Of a stretch of DNA of 64,000 nucleotides, positions 55,601-64,000 are shown piece by piece. Numbering within the stretch: the stretch's first letter is position 1; every line of letters begins with the position of its first letter. Location of the stretch: the IMG/VR virus record IMGVR_UViG_3300050190_000017; one strand, given 5' to 3'. Below the pieces are notes generated by a model, which saw only the letters and a list, made by a program, of their open reading frames with translations, searched no databases and was not told the origin of the DNA. Source of the DNA: a virus. Taxonomy: Duplodnaviria > Heunggongvirae > Uroviricota > Caudoviricetes. A program made the translations under genes and the position numbers.

Positions 55601-57213
55601 GGGAGAATCCCTGGAACCCCGGTACTCTGGAACAGGGTGACTCGCGTATCAATCGCCCTGAGTTGAAGAAGATTGAAGGCCGTGCAGAAATCTTCTATGA
55701 TTACATTCTGGCAAACCGTTCGATCGACATTACCAAGATGTCGAGATTGATTTCAAAGGTTATTGCTGTTGCCAAGTTTGAGAACACAGATAACCCTGAG
55801 TATGAGAGCATTCCTGACGTTCCGATTATCAAGATGAGTTTGGATAACATTCAGACTATGAATGATTGGGAAGAGAACCTAACAGAATACAACGAGGCAT
55901 TCGGTCAGTATAAGGGAGTCCGCAACGATGAGTATGAGGCATTTAAAGTAGCTTATAGGGCAGCTCATAACGGTGAAGATCCTAAGTTGACGCCACTGAC
56001 AGTAGCAGAGACTCCACCAGACGCCAAGCTTATGTCTAGGGTTCCCTACCCGCCGGGTCTAGACTTGTATGGTACTAAGGAGGCTGGTCTAGTGCGTCTT
56101 GATCAGTATCTGGGCAAGCCAGAGGAAGCTGATACAGGCAGGGACGAGGAGGAGGATGAACCCGAGGTAGAAGAGGGTGAAGAAACTCCCGAGCAGCTGC
56201 GATTGAAAGCCTTGTACCAGAGTATGAAGGGTAAGGCAGTCCACACTGAGTTCGGTGATGGTATTCTGCACAGCGTTGGTACTGGCAAGCGTGTCCCTGT
56301 TGACTTGTTCTCTGGCTTTACTGCTATGGTTCGTAAGAGCTCTGTATTCGTTATTACACGTACCGAGAGTTCTACTAAGGATATTCGTAATGAGCTGCTG
56401 AAGAAGATTGGGGATCTACCTATCGACACGCCCATTGATGTTCCTGCCAACATCTTTAAGCAGAGCAGTCGTGCTCTCAAGCTCGCTCAAGAGCGTAACA
56501 AGAAGGTCGTTATCAAGAAGGAACTGAAGAAGCATAAGGAGCTGGTAGAATCTCTCAATGCTCAACTGCAGTTTACTATCGTAAACGGCTTCCTGGGAAT
56601 TTCCTACTTCGTTAACGGAGAAGGTGACTCGGTGGCTAAGGCATTGCAGGCTATTGGTTTCCGGCCAGACCCGCTGTTCTACTGTGCTAAGATGCCGAAG
56701 GCTCTGCGGCTGAAACGTCAGTTGGATCTGTGGCAAGAGAAGGGTTTCCGTCCTGATCCAGCCATCTTGAAGTCAGGGGCTAGGGAGGGTTTTGCTCAAC
56801 TCTATAACCTACTTAAGGCTGAGAAGATCAAGAGCCATAAGGACGTGTATCAGTTGACTACCTCGGCGAAGTTGCAAAACTTCTACCGCATGGAGCATAA
56901 GCCGTCTAACGATTCGAAGATGTTCAAGCCGTATCCGCTTATCGAAGACGGTATAGCTTACATTGCCTTGCCGATCCAAGGTCAGACGGCTAGTAAAGCC
57001 GCTATCAAAGTGAAAGCACTCAATGTGGTGTGGCAAACCTCTGCACCAACGCTTTCGTTCTTTGGTTCACCTCAGCAGTTGGAGGCGAAGATCGCACAGA
57101 TTACGGAGGCTGGTATAACGGTATCCACTCTCATGGATCTTACCAAGGAGCTGAAGGGGCTGAAGAAGCTTTCCATCCGAGGCTCTGATAAGGATAAGGA
57201 TCTAGAAGTATAG
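52636..57213 (+). CDS. giant (1525 aa) SF2/SNF2-like helicase-domain protein
   Basis: Walker A QAGGGKSV, DEAH box YVALDEAHKVKN and motif-VI-like QGDSRINR in the central region. Long flanking regions lack recognisable motifs. GGAGTAGTTATAATG. Confidence 0.6.
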   Translation: MAELRPTTNLVVPESLQLDKQALQSNFFYIYRALYSGPEILFMTKLWACSLLPSIGNDKRLGSVRQGIRKATKFVMDTTPAGYLTIKKVMGADPYFRVSVPLFAFNKNSQGPLSQLLEQNLLGYAFAKEIPESTPEHHQNMTELQQRLKDEGDPTIPMSVEIPASRVISSISGLDARAKVALQACLLGIRVKVKGGLAVIYADFKISKEEAQQLTSTHWIELRDIDLYPMLLQWVTTGFGSEGLAPFVAFPISKIAATLPKSHTQYARINKDGISITPKGRPVYLPKELNQTLQYEDRYTQAGTRADGSYALVDINEGASAMEAGSEVKQKLPPNIPVLIDWVNNKYSYTNTSGFLEVEDLTRYQAADVSHIRALLQERIVTDKNIARIAALGVPANVHPASFKVLASDVEGFANLPQAGVEDNLDQWFAYWASRFEKDEGHPVTFADISSDRLGYGPFRPIARYFKTIKGAVLSNLDAVYARYSVSYVMENLAWLILVVEYSSDFEVLKAQDRTNRRAATDQGVTKGWVPPSIPLLSPVVGMLPHQIKVRNLLKDSPDFAILPVQAGGGKSVIILTDVLYEIKANRSQPYLILCPGHLVANYVKEIVFFTGGKLNVIAINSYAFVQNGLPRLKAMLEKAPRNTVVVADYDVLKWRQRALCYGTTPTTIFPAIDFLRQFGFGYVALDEAHKVKNDTARTRATMSLITDIPKKRLASGTMAHDSPSDLAMQIATIDPTLFGTRDEFNLRYGAEVQGNRVIAWKPGAQQEIMRKIKSRIVVAGAMRKEWAALLPKKTEWIKGVNLTDAQYSVYNDILDGIIDRIKEDAKKNKALQKFVNPEAEGTDGEEGEDEVKDEDAGEDMANLLKPYLARLEQFMIAPASDILGDRVLKGADRVSPKAQLMVDRVKLHIDKGYPGKVLVFTNYVESAEELYRLAGPELQKMGILYKAGNKDVDGDRFEKDDRIKWMVGVEQSMNEGLNFQFASRLLRGENPWNPGTLEQGDSRINRPELKKIEGRAEIFYDYILANRSIDITKMSRLISKVIAVAKFENTDNPEYESIPDVPIIKMSLDNIQTMNDWEENLTEYNEAFGQYKGVRNDEYEAFKVAYRAAHNGEDPKLTPLTVAETPPDAKLMSRVPYPPGLDLYGTKEAGLVRLDQYLGKPEEADTGRDEEEDEPEVEEGEETPEQLRLKALYQSMKGKAVHTEFGDGILHSVGTGKRVPVDLFSGFTAMVRKSSVFVITRTESSTKDIRNELLKKIGDLPIDTPIDVPANIFKQSSRALKLAQERNKKVVIKKELKKHKELVESLNAQLQFTIVNGFLGISYFVNGEGDSVAKALQAIGFRPDPLFYCAKMPKALRLKRQLDLWQEKGFRPDPAILKSGAREGFAQLYNLLKAEKIKSHKDVYQLTTSAKLQNFYRMEHKPSNDSKMFKPYPLIEDGIAYIALPIQGQTASKAAIKVKALNVVWQTSAPTLSFFGSPQQLEAKIAQITEAGITVSTLMDLTKELKGLKKLSIRGSDKDKDLEV

Positions 57214-57280
57214 TCTGCAATTTGATGGAGTAGCAGGGTTGCTTGTACAGGCCCTGTCTTAACTATACAAAGGAAATACA

Positions 57281-57688
57281 ATGAAATTCAATATCGTTGC
57301 ACTCAAGAATGGGATGGCAAAAGTAGGTTTCGTAGTCAGTGCAGGTGAGGCATGGACTGCCCGCGACATCTCGAATTTCCTGGACTACGCCCATCGGTTC
57401 CATGGGTTGTCTCGTGATCGGGCGTCCTATGGTTTGGCCTACCCATCCACCGTGCCTAAGACCCTCCCCGGTCACCCGGATTTCGATGAAGACACCGCAG
57501 ATGAACTGATGGCTCCAGTAGTGTTCCCGGTTCAGGTTGAGCCTATTCCTACGGATATGGATAACTCACAAACGGATGAACTTCCTAACGTGTACACCCC
57601 GCCAGTGGAAGTCCCTTCGGAGTCTGTAGCTGAACCAGTTGAAGCACCTGTAGAAGACGATGCTACCGAACATACCGACGCTGAATAA
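57281..57688 (+). CDS. hypothetical protein with acidic C-terminus (paralog of 49726)
   Basis: ORF track; AAAGGAAATACAATG. Confidence 0.55.
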   Translation: MKFNIVALKNGMAKVGFVVSAGEAWTARDISNFLDYAHRFHGLSRDRASYGLAYPSTVPKTLPGHPDFDEDTADELMAPVVFPVQVEPIPTDMDNSQTDELPNVYTPPVEVPSESVAEPVEAPVEDDATEHTDAE

Positions 57689-57699
57689 AGAGGTGAATC

Positions 57700-58092
57700 A
57701 TGGTTGCCAAAGTTCATGGTAATACCGGGGCCACTAACTATGGTGGCTCCCGTGGTATAGGTCAAGCTTCAATTCCTGATGGTACTATCGGCTGGGTGGG
57801 AGTAACTGGTAACGCAATCGGTGACGTGGCGTACTTGAAAGCAGCAGACTGTACCTCAATGGATCGGGTTCAGCAGGGCTACTTTTTCCAGTGTACTAGT
57901 TCAGCTACTGTAGACTTTACGTTAGCTCCGGAAGCCCAAGCTACTAATCCTGATCCAGCAGTACAGGCTAACGTGCCCTGGGCTAACACGCTGACTCTAA
58001 CTACTACAGCTATTCAGAAGTCTCTTGTAGCATTCTCTGCTATTCGCGTCACCTTCACCACCCCAGGCGCGGTGTACTGCGTATCTCGCTGA
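57700..58092 (+). CDS. hypothetical protein (130 aa)
   Basis: ORF track; AGAGGTGAATCATG. Confidence 0.55.
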   Translation: MVAKVHGNTGATNYGGSRGIGQASIPDGTIGWVGVTGNAIGDVAYLKAADCTSMDRVQQGYFFQCTSSATVDFTLAPEAQATNPDPAVQANVPWANTLTLTTTAIQKSLVAFSAIRVTFTTPGAVYCVSR

Positions 58093-58105
58093 TAAGGAGT
58101 AGTAA

Positions 58106-58402
58106 ATGAGAATCCAATTGAATGCTGCAGCCCGTCTTGTCGAAGTTAGTGCAGCAGTTCCTAACAAGATAAAGAACGAAGTTATGCGGACGCTAACCTC
58201 GAAGGGATTCACCGTAGACCGCCAAGGGGACGATGCTTTTATAGTGCATGAACCTAAAGAAAAGGTTATTGAAACTCTAGAGGCTGCTGGTTGGGAGTAC
58301 GATAACGCCTACGCAGAGCTAACGCGGGATGAGGGAGAGTGGAGCCTGGCACTGAAGAGCTCTGCTTCAGCTACTAAGCTAGAATTTTTGTGGGAAGGCT
58401 AA
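58106..58402 (+). CDS. KLNAAxRLLA-tagged small protein (98 aa)
   Basis: MRIQLNAAARLVEVS; TAAGGAGTAGTAAATG. Confidence 0.55.
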   Translation: MRIQLNAAARLVEVSAAVPNKIKNEVMRTLTSKGFTVDRQGDDAFIVHEPKEKVIETLEAAGWEYDNAYAELTRDEGEWSLALKSSASATKLEFLWEG

Positions 58403-58405
58403 CCT

Positions 58406-59224
58406 ATGAGGATCCCAAAAGCATACGCGGAGGCATCCGCTAAACGAGAGGACGCAGGTGTCTATAAGAGGTTGAGTGCTAACACTAGTTTAGGTGATGC
58501 TCTCAATACCAAAGTAGTTGATAGCATCGGGCACACTGAGAAGGTGATGGATGCAGAGAAGGATCAGTCGCTCCTTACTCAGCTGGACTATGAGACGTGG
58601 CTACCGTTTGCGGCTAAAGTCTATAAAATAAGCCCGAATATTTCCGATTACATAATCGTCTCTACAGTAGTCTGTCCATCGGAGCTTCCTAATAGGAACG
58701 GTATTGCGTTTCCGACCTCGGAACTAGCGAGGTTCATGCCACCACCTACATCCCGTATGGCTTACAAAGCATGGGCCGGTTGCCCTGTACATCTTGAGCA
58801 CGACAACGAGGATCACGAGAAGGCCTACGGAGTTCTCCTCGATGCTAGCTTCCATAAAGTAAGTGGTTACGGGGATGGTAAGCTATGGAAGGTGATGGGA
58901 CTCTTAGCTATCGACAAGACTAAGTATCCTGACGTAGCACAGAAGGTACTAACCAAAGAGATCAACACCTACTCTATGGGGGCACTAGTCGATTACTTTA
59001 CTTGTGGGTACTGCGGAACAGAGTGTACTTCTAAGTATTGCTGTCAGCACATCTCTAGCATTAAGGATGTGAACTGGAAAACCCACAAGGACTGGAATGG
59101 TGACTCCCATTTAAGCTTTTTAAATGCCCATGGCATCAGCCCGATCGAGGTTTCTATAGTGAAGGACCCGGCCTGGGCGCAGGCTCTATCCGATGAGGTA
59201 CATGAGTTCGCTAGTTCTGAATAG
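58406..59224 (+). CDS. hypothetical protein (272 aa)
   Basis: ORF track. It precedes the head genes. Any role as a prohead protease is speculation only. Confidence 0.5.
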   Translation: MRIPKAYAEASAKREDAGVYKRLSANTSLGDALNTKVVDSIGHTEKVMDAEKDQSLLTQLDYETWLPFAAKVYKISPNISDYIIVSTVVCPSELPNRNGIAFPTSELARFMPPPTSRMAYKAWAGCPVHLEHDNEDHEKAYGVLLDASFHKVSGYGDGKLWKVMGLLAIDKTKYPDVAQKVLTKEINTYSMGALVDYFTCGYCGTECTSKYCCQHISSIKDVNWKTHKDWNGDSHLSFLNAHGISPIEVSIVKDPAWAQALSDEVHEFASSE

Positions 59225-59232
59225 GAGGAAGT

Positions 59233-60861
59233 ATGTCGATGCAATGCGCCTGCTATGTTTGCTCAGGAAGCCTAGGCGCCTCTAAGCGACTACAAGAGGC
59301 ACTAGGTACGGCGAAGAAGATCACGGCGCGTAACTTCGATAGCCCAGAGCAGGCTAATAAGTTTAGTATAGAGCTTAGTAAGCAGTTACGTGCTAGGGGT
59401 ATAGAGATTGACGACTGGAGGAAAGTAGGCAACCGTCATTGGTTTGGCCTGTTCCCGAAGGGCATTAATCTCAAAGCCCCGATCACCTCTGCTCTCTCAA
59501 AGTTAGGGTACGCGCCCTGGTTGTTCAATAAGAAGGTGTACACCCATAATAAGTTTGGGTGGCCTCTTCTGGTAACGGATACTGAGATTGTGCTGCTCGG
59601 TCAATCTGTACCACGCTGGGGTAAGATTCTGGCGGCTGTCAAATCTGCGATCCCTGGTAAACCTCAGTTCACTAGTAAGCAACCTCTAGGGTTTATTGAG
59701 TTTACGTTCACCACGGAGAACTCAGTACCGATCTCTAAGCTGCTCAAGGGATTAGGTTTTGTTAAAGTGGAAGAGGGTCTCCTGTCTTCTAAGGAAGACG
59801 ACCTAGAAGTTACGTACACTAAGACTACAGCACAGGTTAAGGGTAAGTTACAACAACCTGCATCTGAGCTACTCTTAGACGAAAAGAAATTCGACAATGA
59901 GCGTAAGGTACCGCAGCCTCCAGAAGCTCCTAAGGCTCCTCCAGTAGTTGTGGTCAAGCCGGAAGTACCCGTAGTTCGACCTGCGCCAGAAGCTCCTAGG
60001 CAACCGCAGGATATACTAACACAGCCCGATAAGATATTGCTGAAGAAGGACAACACCGAGGTCCCTCATATAGCAATCCCAATTAGGTTGGGTGACTTCT
60101 ATTCTAAGACTGGTGGCGTCGCAGGCTCTCAAGGTGGTTTGCTTTGGATGCGTAACCTGTGGAACTTCCTGAATGAGAATAAGTTCGGAGGCCAGATGAA
60201 GCCGCCTAACATTAGCTACATAAAGAACGTGGCAAGAATGCGTACTCGTGGCTACTGGCGGGCTTCTACTAGGGAGCTTAAGATCGCACCCAAGTTGTTC
60301 AATGCCCCACTTCCGGTATTCGTGGAAATCTTCCTCCATGAGTGTTGCCACCAAGCTGTGTCTGAGATTGATCGTGTAGTTGATAACACGGAGCAGGGAC
60401 ACGGGCATCACTGGAAGAACTGGATGCGTAAAGTTGGGTTGAACCCTGCTAGGTATGACCACAACAACGCAGACATCTATCTCTCAGAGGAAGAGCAGGT
60501 TAAAGTTAAGGAACAACGGGAGAAAGCCGAGGAGACTAAGAAAGAGTTGGCGTTAACTCCGGAGTGGGATCTTGCTCCAGGGCGTGTAGTTCGCATTGCT
60601 TTGGAACGAGGCTCTAAGGTAGTGAATGGGGTCATTGCGTATAAGCAAACATCTAAGTACGCAGTCATCGTTGATCCTAACAGCAATCAATGGTGGAACG
60701 TTCCCCCTCAGCTTATCTACAAAGCTGATCCTAACGCCGACAACTCACAGTACTCTAGTGATGTGTGGCAGAGTGCTATTAGGCAAGTACAGTTTCACTT
60801 CCAGTATAAGAAAGAAGTACGACAGATTAAGAAGAGTCGTCGCTTCACTATTGGTTATTAA
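59233..60861 (+). CDS. SprT-like zinc-metalloprotease domain protein with Pro-rich linker
   Basis: HECCHQAV (HExxH) followed by GHGHHWKNWM, as in SprT/WLM. PPEAPKAPPVVVVKPEVP linker. Confidence 0.55.
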   Translation: MSMQCACYVCSGSLGASKRLQEALGTAKKITARNFDSPEQANKFSIELSKQLRARGIEIDDWRKVGNRHWFGLFPKGINLKAPITSALSKLGYAPWLFNKKVYTHNKFGWPLLVTDTEIVLLGQSVPRWGKILAAVKSAIPGKPQFTSKQPLGFIEFTFTTENSVPISKLLKGLGFVKVEEGLLSSKEDDLEVTYTKTTAQVKGKLQQPASELLLDEKKFDNERKVPQPPEAPKAPPVVVVKPEVPVVRPAPEAPRQPQDILTQPDKILLKKDNTEVPHIAIPIRLGDFYSKTGGVAGSQGGLLWMRNLWNFLNENKFGGQMKPPNISYIKNVARMRTRGYWRASTRELKIAPKLFNAPLPVFVEIFLHECCHQAVSEIDRVVDNTEQGHGHHWKNWMRKVGLNPARYDHNNADIYLSEEEQVKVKEQREKAEETKKELALTPEWDLAPGRVVRIALERGSKVVNGVIAYKQTSKYAVIVDPNSNQWWNVPPQLIYKADPNADNSQYSSDVWQSAIRQVQFHFQYKKEVRQIKKSRRFTIGY

Positions 60862-60865
60862 GAAG

Positions 60866-60898
60866 AGCCCCGCGCCAGCAATGGTCCGGGGCTTTTTT
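60866..60898 (+). terminator. rho-independent terminator
   Basis: AGCCCCG...CGGGGCT, then TTTTTTCTT. Confidence 0.7.
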
Positions 60899-60995
60899 CT
60901 TGTCTACGACTTCTTGTAGTTTCACGCTATCCTCAATTTTAATCTGTGTTAAGGAATTCCATCTCAAACACTTTTTAATCTCTAGAGAGGATGCA

Positions 60996-62567
60996 ATGGC
61001 TATTGTACGTAAGAAAATCACGGCGGCCCAGTTCCCGACCACGCATTTCCCTAACGAGGAAAAGAAGGCTCCGGAATACTCAGGCTTCTCAATTGAGAAC
61101 AATCAGGACTCCATGCTGCTCATCGACCCTGATGAAGCAGAAGGGGGCTCCACCCATTTCTTGAATGAAGAAAAGGACACCAAAGAAACGCGGCGGATGA
61201 ATGCTTCAGCTAAACCCGTGGCTAAGACGCAAGCAGCTAAGCGTATCAAGGCCGACGCTGATGTGGACACCGATTCGTTCTCGGGTACTGATCCGGATAT
61301 GTCGAGCTCTGAAGCTGATCCTGACCTGTTCACGGGTGCTGATCCTGACTCGGGTGTTAAGGCAGGCTCTGCAGAAGGTGATGAGCAGTTCCTCGACAAC
61401 GACGTTGACCCAGCCGAAGGTTATCTGACCGTTGGTGAGTTCGACGAAGAAGAGGAAGATGATGAAGAGGGTATGGAAGAAGTAAACGCTGCTGATGAAC
61501 TTGAGCATGGCTTCACTCCGCAATCGCTTCTCGATACGGACAATGACGACGAAGGTGGTTCGACTCATTTCAAGAATGAGGAGGAAGACACCCCTGAATC
61601 GCGCCGTATGAATGCTGCAGTGGACGAGGAAGAAGAGGGCGATATGGACGACTGGGGTGCTGAGGAAGACGGCAAGGAGTACAGTGCCGCTACCGAAGAT
61701 GACATGCCGGTGGTTGACATTGATGCAATGGACGATAAGGATAGCGAAGATGTTGTGTTTGCTTCGATTGGCCTGCGAGTCCACGCTATCAAGGCTAACC
61801 GTATCATCGCATCACTGGGTAAGAAGCAGGCTATCAAAGCCGGTCATGGTGACCACTATATGTCGGATCAATTCCAAGATGTAGTTGGCGTTGAAATGGC
61901 TAAACATGGTTTGCGTGCTGGTCTGAAGGGCATGGGATTTACGTTAGCTACCGTGAACGTGGGTCGCACCGAAGTATTAAACAAGCGTGTTGAAGCTAAG
62001 GTGAAGAGTGTTACTGCTGCAGTTCGCCGGACTTCTCAAGCTGCTACCTCGGCTCTCGATCAATGCTTGGCTATCGCTGCTGTTGGTATCAATCGTCAGT
62101 ACTTCAAAGACACCAAGAACGAGTTGCGTGCAGCACTCGAAGATGAATTGGCTGCAGCTGGTGTCCGCGGTGCCTCGAAGCTGGTACGTTCGGTGTTTGC
62201 CTCGCACGGTGTTACATATGCTAAGGCCATCGTTACCCTGGCTACCAAGTTGCAAGCAATGCCTGAGTCGACACGTAACACGTTTGCAGAAGCACTGGAC
62301 ATGACTAGCGACGAAGGTATGGACGACGACCAGAACCTGTATGGTGACTCGGCAAGTCCTGACTTCCAAGCCATGTACACCGCTGAAGCAGAAGACGACG
62401 GTGAGTTCGCTGACGAGTTTGAAGACGAGATCGAGAGCCCCAGTACTGTTCACGCAGCACTGAGCCGCCCTCTGCAAAAGACCCGTACTCAGGCTAAGGC
62501 TTCCAGTCATTCGTTGACTGCTAAGGCTATTCTGAATGGCGATGCACCGTTCTTCACGTACCTGTGA
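60996..62567 (+). CDS. acidic, repeat-containing protein (scaffold-like)
   Basis: ATG at 60996 after AGAGAGG. The translation is very acidic and contains two copies of EGGSTHF(L/K)NEE.DT.E.RRMNA. Confidence 0.5.
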   Translation: MAIVRKKITAAQFPTTHFPNEEKKAPEYSGFSIENNQDSMLLIDPDEAEGGSTHFLNEEKDTKETRRMNASAKPVAKTQAAKRIKADADVDTDSFSGTDPDMSSSEADPDLFTGADPDSGVKAGSAEGDEQFLDNDVDPAEGYLTVGEFDEEEEDDEEGMEEVNAADELEHGFTPQSLLDTDNDDEGGSTHFKNEEEDTPESRRMNAAVDEEEEGDMDDWGAEEDGKEYSAATEDDMPVVDIDAMDDKDSEDVVFASIGLRVHAIKANRIIASLGKKQAIKAGHGDHYMSDQFQDVVGVEMAKHGLRAGLKGMGFTLATVNVGRTEVLNKRVEAKVKSVTAAVRRTSQAATSALDQCLAIAAVGINRQYFKDTKNELRAALEDELAAAGVRGASKLVRSVFASHGVTYAKAIVTLATKLQAMPESTRNTFAEALDMTSDEGMDDDQNLYGDSASPDFQAMYTAEAEDDGEFADEFEDEIESPSTVHAALSRPLQKTRTQAKASSHSLTAKAILNGDAPFFTYL

Positions 62568-62636
62568 TTTGCGATACTTGCAATTTTAAAGTGAAGGTCT
62601 GATAAGACTTCAATCTAATTATCTGGAGAAATAAAC

Positions 62637-63314
62637 ATGGCTTTCTATTTGCCTTCTACGCGAATCGTGGACTCGGGCGAGGCTTTCGTTGCACCGGGCG
62701 CAATCATCCTTGCTGAATCGCAGGCACTTGTGGTGTCGAGCGCTGCTCAATCGATGGGTGCAATGCCTTCGACTGGTACTGCTACTGACGTATTCATCGG
62801 CTTTGCCTTCGCTGGTACGTCGGCTCTCCCATTCCCGGAATCGTACACCAACAAGGTTGAGACGTTTACCGTTCCGACCGGTGGCATGATTACCTTGTCG
62901 ATGATGCCTGTTGCTGGTCAAGTGTTTGTTATCGACACGACGACGGGTACGCCGAATACGACGTTCACCATTACCGGTACCAACATCAGCGGCCTGACTC
63001 CAGGTGACACGGTTAGCGTTACTTACAAGTATGCTATGTCGGTGGTCCAGATGCGCGCCCTGTACGGCGACATTCAACCGGGTGGTTACGTTGGTTCGTA
63101 CGTTGGCCAGATCGGTGTTATCAAACGTGGTGACGTGTGGGTAACGGAATTCGACGCATCGAAGAACTGGGCTGCTGCTACTAGCGTTAAGCTGGCTGCT
63201 AATGGTCAGATCACCGACCAGACGGGTACCGGTAACACCATCCCGAATATCATCATCACGGGTGTTCCGAATATGACCATTCCTTACCTGGGTCTGAGCT
63301 TCTCGGCGATGTAA
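62637..63314 (+). CDS. hypothetical structural-module protein (225 aa)
   Basis: ORF track. CTGGAGAAATAAACATG, like the next gene. Biased codon usage. The minus-strand ORF 62619-63329 is judged a shadow. Confidence 0.5.
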   Translation: MAFYLPSTRIVDSGEAFVAPGAIILAESQALVVSSAAQSMGAMPSTGTATDVFIGFAFAGTSALPFPESYTNKVETFTVPTGGMITLSMMPVAGQVFVIDTTTGTPNTTFTITGTNISGLTPGDTVSVTYKYAMSVVQMRALYGDIQPGGYVGSYVGQIGVIKRGDVWVTEFDASKNWAAATSVKLAANGQITDQTGTGNTIPNIIITGVPNMTIPYLGLSFSAM

Positions 63315-63359
63315 GATCACGCCAGACACACTGAATAATCCATTGGAGAATAAACAAAA

Positions 63360-64000
63360 TGCGTGAAAAAATCAAAGTCCGAGCAGCCAAGACGCCTATG
63401 GTTGCAGCTTCCCAATATAAGTTTCCGGGTTCAAACGGTTACGCAGTTGGTGCTGGTGGCGAAATCAATGCTTCGTCTAAACAAGACCTGTTGAACAAGC
63501 AGCGTCAGTTTATCGAAGCTGCTTCGCGTGGCGAGATCGTTAGCGATGCAGTGTTTGCCTCGTCGGAACAAGGCGCTAAGATTGGCCGTGAGCTTATTCA
63601 AGCAAGTTTCAATGATCCGGATGCACACCGCGTTCTGGGCGAACGTATGGCTGAGTCGTTGTACCTTACCGCAAACCGTCAAGGTTTCATGCGTAAGTAT
63701 TTGACGAAGATTCCAGTCGAACAAGGCTCGATTCCTCGTTTCCCGTTGCGGAACAAGAACGTTACGGCTACGTATGCAACTGGCCCGACCAAGGTTTACT
63801 CGCAGATCACGCGCGACCGTTGGTTGACTCCTCCGGAATTGCAGATCGTTACCCGTCCGTATATCCCGACCAACGAGTTGAACCAGTCCGCCGGGGATGT
63901 GCTTCAAGAGAAATACGTTGAAGCGACGGAAGCTATCATGGTCGGCGAAGACCGTCTGTGGTACAACCAAGTTAATGCTATCGTCGGTATTGATAATCCG
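63360..64000 (+). CDS. virion structural protein, candidate major capsid protein (N-terminal 213 codons; runs off window)
   Basis: The frame is open from ATG 63360 to the window end. TTGGAGAATAAACAAAATG. Codon bias typical of a highly expressed gene. It follows the scaffold-like gene. The minus-strand ORF 63431-63970 is rejected. Confidence 0.4.

Noticed and set aside
61206-61784. Minus-strand ORFs inside 60996-62567 and 36374-36751, 42568-43203, 33812-34357, 1681-2148 and similar
   Set aside because: These antisense shadow ORFs lie inside + strand genes and have no initiation signals.
63431-63970. Minus-strand 179-aa ORF at the window end
   Set aside because: The + strand frame from 63360 is open to the window edge. 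It has a strong RBS, highly biased codon usage and a structural-module context.
1-64000. Prophage or integrative element features (integrase, attachment site or repeats) and rRNA or further tRNAs
   Set aside because: No tyrosine or serine recombinase signatures and no flanking direct repeats were seen. Only one convincing cloverleaf, at 10707-10781, was found by eye.

Overview
The window looks like a segment of a large, probably virulent, tailed-phage genome. About 110 tightly packed genes, often with overlapping stop and start codons, are all on the + strand. Minus-strand ORFs in the track are shadow frames. Rho-independent terminators mark module borders. Content runs as follows.

- An early-type region of small ORFs with the 3' part of rtcB, two free-standing HNH endonucleases, one tRNA-Gln(UUG) and three signal-peptide proteins.
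- An NAD-dependent DNA ligase and an NAD+ salvage pair: NadV/NAMPT plus a bifunctional NMNAT-Nudix.
- An orphan HicB-like antitoxin, a SleB-family cell-wall hydrolase, an SPFH lipoprotein and a type IB topoisomerase-like protein.
- A 1525-aa SNF2-like helicase protein, a holin-like protein and the start of a head-morphogenesis module: an acidic scaffold-like protein and a candidate capsid protein running off the window end.

The most unusual feature is an ~11-kb block (36.3-47.1 kb, with outliers at 49.3, 50.5, 51.2 and 58.1 kb) of at least 13 genes. Their products share a conserved N-terminal decapeptide (M)KLNAAxRLLA(S). It is fused to unrelated cargo domains: an Alt/C3-like ADP-ribosyltransferase, Nudix, GNAT, a kinase-like fold, a homospermidine-synthase-like fold and glycine-rich repeat proteins. 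I interpret it as a shared targeting tag, possibly for capsid packaging or ejection of host-modifying effectors. One tagged cassette is visibly inserted into the 5' end of a neighbouring gene, leaving a duplicated gene fragment.

Two conserved regulatory words recur. TGTAAATA occurs at 16 + strand sites at gene ends or in intergenic DNA. A sigma70-like box TGTTACAATrGGTGTAG with a conserved leader occurs twice. No integrase, CRISPR array or rRNA was seen.

Coordinates may be off by about 1 nt in places.
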